DNA of 58,443 nt, filler included, from Diploschistes diacapsis (taxonomy: Eukaryota): the NCBI GenBank assembly GCA_023645945.1. It is 6 parts of 6 records of this genome, joined end to end, with 100 filler letters (N's around TTAATTAATTAA, not from the genome) between each part and the next. Parts side by side here need not be neighbours in the genome. Positions count along the whole stretch, not along the records: positions 48,797 to 58,443 come from JALAIB010001011.1; 5 more parts are not named here. One strand, given 5' to 3'. Shown here one piece after another: positions 51,728 to 58,443 of this stretch. Under the pieces are notes generated by a model that had not been told where the DNA came from, made no database searches, and worked only from the letters and a program-made list of their open reading frames with translations. How positions within the stretch are numbered: the first letter of the stretch is position 1; each line of letters starts with the position of its first letter. The translations under genes were made by a program, and so were the position numbers.

Positions 51728-53317
51728 ATGGCGGCTGAAGGGGAGGAGCGTTTACTGACCCTCTTTGGTGACGTTCATTACTGGTTCTCTGCGCCAACTC
51801 CGCGCCCAGCTTCGCATAGGTTCGACAAAGAGAGCTATATCTATCTTTACCGAGACACTGCTCAGTGGAGAGGGCGGCTAGAGATTGCGAACCATGCTGG
51901 CACTCCCGAGCAAGATGCCTTTACTGGCTGTATGTGGTCCAATGGCTTTTGACGTCACTTCATCGAGCTCACAGAACCAGATCTTGACAATTCGAAGCTC
52001 TCTCAAGCTTCTCGCCATCCGAACCTAGTTACAATTGTCGTCGATGGCACTAAAGGCGAGAATGCGGGAGCAGTTCAGAACAGCGACTGGCGACTACCCT
52101 CGACAGACCCTCGCGATGAAGGGAAGTATCTCTTCAGACTTCACACCCTCGACATCTACTTCTGGACAAAAGAGGATGCATCGCTCTTCGTTCGGAGCGC
52201 ACGAGCGACTCTGCGCCAAGAACAACTGGATGTCGACTTTCCTGTACCAACTCCCCATGCGGAAATGATGAGCCCGGTGGTGCAACAGCTTGAAAACGTC
52301 GCCGTCTCGGACCCCGCCTACCAAAACGGCAAGACGCGGAACTCCGCAACAACTACTTCACAAGCAGTCGCAGGACCTCAAGAAGGAGAACGAGAAAAGG
52401 TCAATTACACGCCTCTCGCCTACAATCCCGCCGCCCCTCCAGCGCCCGAAAAGCGCGCCCATCGTGAAAAGACCCCTCCACCACCAGACGCAGCAGGCGG
52501 AACTGGCCTGATGGATGCAACATACGAAGACATGCACCCGCAACGGCAGCAACGGCAACAACAGTATCAGGTTCATTCTCCAGTAGCTTCTGGCGCCATC
52601 CCACCTCCTCCCTCCTCATCCACCACACCCGGCCAGCCCTCCTCCCAACCGCACTACCCAAGCGCCACCTCCGTCGGGCCCGTGGTTGGCGCTAGTACAG
52701 CCGCAGCTGCCACATTTGGCCAGTACAGCTCTGTCTCGCCTTCCCGCAGCAGCATCTCCTCCCCACCCATCTCACACCCTCCCTCCACCGCCCCATCCAC
52801 AGCCTCAACCCACCACTCATACATTCCATCCTCAGCCGGCCCGCAGCCCGCGCACTCCGCCATTCAGAACCAAAGTCACCCCCAGTTTGCACAACAAGCC
52901 CTCGACTCCCCCACATCCCAAATCATCGGCCGCTCCTACCTCACTTCCCCGACCCAGCCACTTCAGCACTTGCAGCCGCACTACGCAGATTATCTTGGGC
53001 AGCAACAACTTCAGCGACCGGTTCCTCCACCGGGTGGGTACTCCGACTATAACCATGCCCAATCCCTGCACTCACAAGCGGCTTACGGCGGGCATCCGGC
53101 ATCTCCATACTATGGCACGGGAGATCACGACGTGCATTCGCAAGTTTATAGGCCGACGGAAGAGGAAGCGGGAGGAAAGCCGCAGAAAGAGGGCAAAGGA
53201 GGGAAGCAGGGAAGGAGTGGCAAGGAGGAGGAACCCGGAAGGTGGGAGCAGAAGGCGGAGAAGGCGGAGAAGGGTATCAATCGATTCTTGAGGAAGGTGG
53301 AGAAGAAGATCGGATAA
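51728..53317 (+). CDS. hypothetical protein, globular N-terminal domain plus Pro/Gln/Ser-rich tail
   Basis: ATG 51728 (RLLTLFGDVHYWF..HRFDKESYIYLY); intron 51930-51980 joins in frame to LHTLDIYFWT and ORF 52265-53317. Confidence 0.85.
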
Positions 53318-53691
53318 AGACTGAGAAGGCATAAAGGAGAGGGGGGCGTGTGTGGATAAGAGTGATAGACGAGAATAGGAAGTCAGGGTAAAAGTATATT
53401 GGTACGGTGGCGGAGGGCTTTGTACGATTAGGAACCTCCTTAAGAGAATTGGCCTGACATCTAGACCGATCTAGGAAACAATAAATAATGCATGAATGAA
53501 TGATAGAAGGCAATGCACATTCAATGAAAACTTCGATTTCTCGCACCTTATTTTGCCTTTCTTTCATGTATCGGGTATTTTGTGCGGGGTGGGCGAAAAT
53601 GCTCTCAACTCCAAGCCAGTCACTCTTCCACCCTCCTATTTAAGTGACTCTCTCCTAGCAAATAACAGCGACCCATCTACATTCCATCACG

Positions 53692-54345
53692 ATGGCCGTC
53701 GCATCGCCCTGCGGGTTCAACCCCGAAACCGCAGAGAATTTCGAGGATGTGCGTCTCCACACCTAGTCCCCCCGCGTATACTAATATAGTTGCAGATGGA
53801 GAAGCAATTCGCCGTCAAAGGTTAGTGCGACGCAATCTCGAAGCATTCTTTTAACCATTGAAAGCTGTCCAGCATATGGCAACTTACTGGTCCATTCTGG
53901 AGAAGATACGCGGTTCGAAGCTACGGCTTACCAAGATCGACAACGAAATCCTCGAGCACTTCCAGAAAGACTTTCCAGATGTTGACGTTGCGGAGACGAT
54001 AAACGAGGATAATATGAAGAGCAAGGAAGGCAAGGAGAGGTGGCGGAAGTTCATGATGACCTATGAGAAAAGGATTGACGATTATAACTTTGGCACTATG
54101 CTGCGGTCGAATTCGAAATGCGAGTACACGGAGAAGGAGACTATCTTTGGTGAGCCGCCTACTGTCAAACTGAGGAATGCTCATTGAGCTTACTCGTCCA
54201 GCGATGCGCATGCAGTTCTATGCTATAGAGATAGCAAGGTATATTATGCTCTCTTATAACCTAACAAACTCGGGCTCAAATTTTCAGGAATCGAGCCGGC
54301 CTCAATGACTGGGTTTACGAAAGGGAGCATTCGGACGAAAAGTAG
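53692..54345 (+). CDS. PBDC1 / Ypl225w family protein, 5 exons
   Basis: Spliced AENFEDMEKQFAVKAVQHM..LRLTKIDNEI..MKSKEGKERWRKF..DYNFGTMLR..MRMQFYAIEIARNRAGLNDW. Confidence 0.92.
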
Positions 54346-55003
54346 TATATGTTCTTTCCGCTCAATATCCTGGACGTTGGTGGGAGCGATTTTTCTCTCT
54401 AAGTGATACCCCTTCTAAAATTTATGCAACTTACCACCTGGTATGCAACCTCCTTCAAACGAGCTTGCAGACATATTCAGAACTCTAGCTTTGATGGACT
54501 TCTCTATTGAGTGCTCCTATTGAGAGAATTAAGGTCAAGTCCCACGCTTCCTGGACTCCAGATGAAATATCTTTCGAGTAGGCACGGTATAGCAACACAC
54601 ATTACATTATATTCATATTTCGTTGTTTCAGTCCGGAGCATCTTCCTTGAACACATTTATAACAATTCCCTAGCTTAAAGTTTGTTATGAGTTCCTAAAT
54701 AAGGCAATCGTTGCTATCGCAACCTTCAGGAGGATATAACAACATGGAGTTAATAGCTTCTCAGCATCCCATGGCTGACAATATCTTCGTCAGAGCTCAT
54801 TAGACATCTTCTGCTCTACTATGATTTCACTTCCTGATCCCTTTCATAAGTCTGTTCATATCAATATTCAAACCTATTGCAATCGTTACTTCCCAGCTAC
54901 CATCACGCCACTCAATAAACGTCTCTCCTCCAGAGTATCAAGGGCTAAGAATCTGAAACCTATTACTACTTCAGTGGACCCTAGGTAACTAGATACCGTG
55001 TCC

Positions 55004-58000
55004 ATGACCTTCGAGATGGAAGGTCTAAATAAGACAAATTGCCCTCCCTGGCTGTTGCTTCTCTCATTCGCCGAACGATCCCATAGAGTCGTACTGTGCT
55101 TGGCTATAATATCTGGAATGGTGTCTGGAGCCATTTTTCCAATCTTTGCAGTCCTGTTAGGAAACATGTTCAAGGCATTCTCCGACCATGGTTCTGAACA
55201 GCTCGCTCCAGAAGACTTTGGCAGTGCAGTAGCGCAGAATACTACGTACCTGGTGGTATTTGCCGTTATGAGTTGGTTATTACATGCCGCTTTTTTCACG
55301 CTTTCTTCAATTTTCGGGGATTTACAAGGAAACAGCGCTCGCATCCAAGTTTATGACAGAGTGTTGCACAAAGAGATGGCTTGGTTAGATACACGCAAGC
55401 ATGGCCTAAGTTCCTTGTTGATCGACTTACAAAGGTGAGTGGGATATGAAGGAGTCGCATCTCAATTCTAATGATGGAAAGGGGAATCCGTGACTTGCAG
55501 GTCGCAAACTCACAGCCTCTAGGGTCTCTCGTTCAACTTACATCGATGGCTTGGGCAGCTATCGCTATAGCACTATATACGGCTTGGAATCTTGCACTCG
55601 TTATTCTAGCGATCCTTCCTATCACTGTATTTGTACTGCATCTTCTATTGAAACGCTCCCGACCCCTTCTCGAATCTGAATATAATAAGCGAAGCGAAGC
55701 AGTGATGAACATCAAAACAGCTGTACGAACGATTGGGACCGTCAAATGTTTGAGTGGTCAAAAGTTTGAACTTTGGCAATATACGGAGAGTCTGAATCGA
55801 GCTGCCGAACATTCTCGCTTGCAGGGGACCATTACCGCAGTCCAAACAGGCTTTGTTCACTTTATTGCTCTCGCGGTCTTTGCTCAAGGTTTTTTCTACG
55901 GAAGTTACTTGGTAGCCAATGGAGCGAATGTCCCAGGAGATGTCGTGACCGTCTTTTGGGCTTGCCTGATCGCGACCTATGCACTTCAAAGTATTCTGCC
56001 GCAGCTAGTCAGTCTCGAGAAGGGGCGAGCAGCGGCCGGTATGCTTCAAGAGATTGTCTCTGATGTTGGCAATTTGGATTATCTGGTCAATACAGTATCT
56101 ACCAAGATCCACAAAAGCTTCAGAAGCCTCGGAAACGGCATCTGCCTTTCGAAAGTGAGTCCTCCTTCTGCAAAGTTGTTTCTTCCTGACTTCTCAAGGT
56201 ATGCTTCAGCTACCCATCGCAACCAGACAAACCAGTCCTGGAAAACATCAATATGGTCATTCCCTTTGGTGCTACCACTTTTATTGTTGGAAAAAGTGGG
56301 TCAGGCAAGAGTACACTCGCTAGTCTTCTGCTTGGTCTCTACGGGTATTGTGTCCGTGTCAATATCGATGATGAAGAATTTGTAAGGTTCCATCGATGTC
56401 TTTTACGAAGCGAGGCCACACTTATACCACAACGGCAAGTAATGTTCAATGATGATATTTTGGGTAATATATCTCTTGGACTGAGGTGTGGCGAAAAAGC
56501 CAACGATGCAGATATTGAAGAGTGCATAAAGCTTGCAGAGTTAGGCGATACGATTGCCCGACTTCCAAAAGGTTTACGAACTTCTGTCGGCTACGTCCAG
56601 AATGCCATGAGCGCAGGCCAGGATATACGAGTCGCGTTGGCACGGGCTAAACTTAGAGACAACCCGATCTTAATTCTAGATGAAGTTACAGGCGCACTGG
56701 ACCGGATTACAGCAGACAAGATGATCCGTAAAATTCGAAGCTGGCGCCGAGACAAGACGACAATTGTCATCACTCACGACCTTAATCAGATTTTGCCAGA
56801 CGACTACTTATACGTTCTTGATGCTGGTCGTGTTGTGCAGCATGGTCAACGGAGTGCATTAGAGAAGACCGCTACCGGCGCTTTTGCAGAGCTTTCGAGG
56901 CATGAATCAAAGCGTTCTAGGCCGCAATTGAGCGCTTCAAGTCAAAGCAAAGCAATTTATTCTCACGACGATTCCTCCATCTTGGCTCCATCTTTCAGCT
57001 CGTCTCCTGAGGAGAATTCTCCTACTCGTCTCTGCACCTCCTATGACAAACGAATGAGTAGACCCATAAGACCAGATGGAGACTGGCTTTCATGGTCACA
57101 GAAATCAACCACGGAAATATTGCTCACATCGTGGTTGTGCTTTAGTCGACAAGAGCGCCTGAACCTGGTCAAAGGCTTTCTATTTGCAGGCTTACACGCG
57201 ACGACAATACCAGCTTTTTCTTTCTGCTTCTCCAGACTACTCGGCGTTTACATCGACTTTGCCGATGACGCCCCTCATCCGACCTGGTTTTGGACATTCG
57301 CGATTCTCTTGGTTGCAATTACCGATGCTGCTGCTTCCTACTTCATGCACCTCTTTCTCGAGCAATGCAGCCAGGCTTGGATCAACACACTTAGGCTGAC
57401 AGCCTTTCGACGAATACTAGATCAACCGAGTCTATGGTTTCATGCAACGGGTCACTCCGCAAATAAGCTCGCTCAGACTCTTGACCGCGATGCAGAAGAG
57501 ATGCGATCGCTCCTTAGTAGATTCGCTGGTTTAGCGCTTGTCGCTAGCATCAGAATGTTCCTGGCTATTGGGTGGGCTTTTGCGGTCTGTTGGAAATTAA
57601 CATTGGTTACCGTATCACTCCTCCCTCTAATAGCAGTTCTCGCGCAAACCTATGAAACCTTAAGCGTACGATGGGAGAAAAATTCAAATCGTGCTGCTCA
57701 AGCTGTGAGTGCGATCTTCAATGAGGCCTTGGAGAGCATCTTGCATGTCAAAGCTCTTACTTTGGAACCCTATTTTCGTCGCAAGCACCTTAGAGCGACT
57801 TCGATTGCTATGGACCTAGCTGCAAGGAGGGCTTTCCTATCTGGTCTGTTCTTCGGGGCTTCCGATGCAGGTATAATCATAATGATTGGTGAGTGACCCT
57901 ATCTGACATATGCTGCCTTCACATGGCTGATTCGTGGTCATAGCATTCTTGTTCTGGTACGGATCGCTTCTGATTGCACACGACGAATTCACTGTTCAGT

Positions 58001-58443
58001 CCATGGTCACTGTGTTCTCTCTGCTTGTATTTGGCCTAACCAACGTCAGTACTATCTTCTCCCAACGTAAGTTATCTACATTAGTAGATTTTTCGCCTCT
58101 ATCCCATCCTTACCTCTTAAAAGTGTTCCTGACTTTCTCTCCCAGTACCCCAAGCAACGGACGCTCGTGCGAGCGCCGTCCGCCTTCTACGCCTCGCTCA
58201 CCTCCCACAATCTCCCCCAAACAAGCCTTCTCCCACCCCTTTGACTAACACACCCCACTCCTCCATCAACCTCAGGAATCTAACATTCACCTACCCCTCC
58301 CGTCCCAATGTTCCCATCATCCGGAACCTCACCCTGTCAATCCGCCTCGGAACATCAACCGCCATCACCGGCCCCTCCGGCTGCGGCAAGTCGACCCTCC
58401 TCGCCATCCTCGCCGGTCTATATCCACCCGACCCACCCCCATC
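55004..58443 (+). CDS. Ste6/Hst6-like full-length ABCB transporter (putative a-type pheromone exporter), 3' truncated in NBD2
   Basis: TMD-NBD-TMD-NBD order; Walker [10 protein letters not shown] and GPSGCGKST, Walker [20 protein letters not shown]; introns 55435-55481, 56155-56198, 57889-57943, 58067-58145; start codon uncertain. Confidence 0.85.

Noticed and set aside
54346..55003. A CAAX-ending pheromone precursor gene next to the Ste6-like transporter
   Set aside because: No short ORF ending in a CAAX motif was evident on reading this interval

Overview
Eukaryotic, intron-containing DNA that is not one locus. Six contigs of steadily decreasing length (9662, 9661, 9661, 9659, 9653, 9647 bp) are joined by an identical 100-bp artificial linker (N44-TTAATTAATTAA-N44). 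Contigs 1-4 and 6 look like a filamentous ascomycete, with short GT..CTRAY..AG introns and RIP-like mutated repeats. They carry KAR2/BiP, PRP4 kinase (3' truncated), TMA7, TFIIB/SUA7, a DHA2-type MFS transporter, a glycine-rich RRM protein (truncated), tRNA-Val(AAC), a secreted lysozyme/SLT-like protein, a PBDC1/Ypl225w homolog, a Ste6-like ABCB transporter (truncated), several hypothetical genes, pseudogenes and DNA-transposon relics. Contig 5 (39044-48696) has a very different composition (CAGCT/TGCA-rich, CpG-poor by eye, no fungal-type genes) and is probably from another organism, possibly a green-algal photobiont in a lichen-type metagenome (inference). It holds the most unusual structure in the window: an intronless, divergent EBS/SHL-like BAH-PHD gene with altered methyl-lysine cages. 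This gene and a convergent helical ORF lie between two inversely oriented CAGCT minisatellite arrays, and neighbouring frames read through TAA/TAG as if these were Gln. All gene models were spliced by eye and no database search was run.
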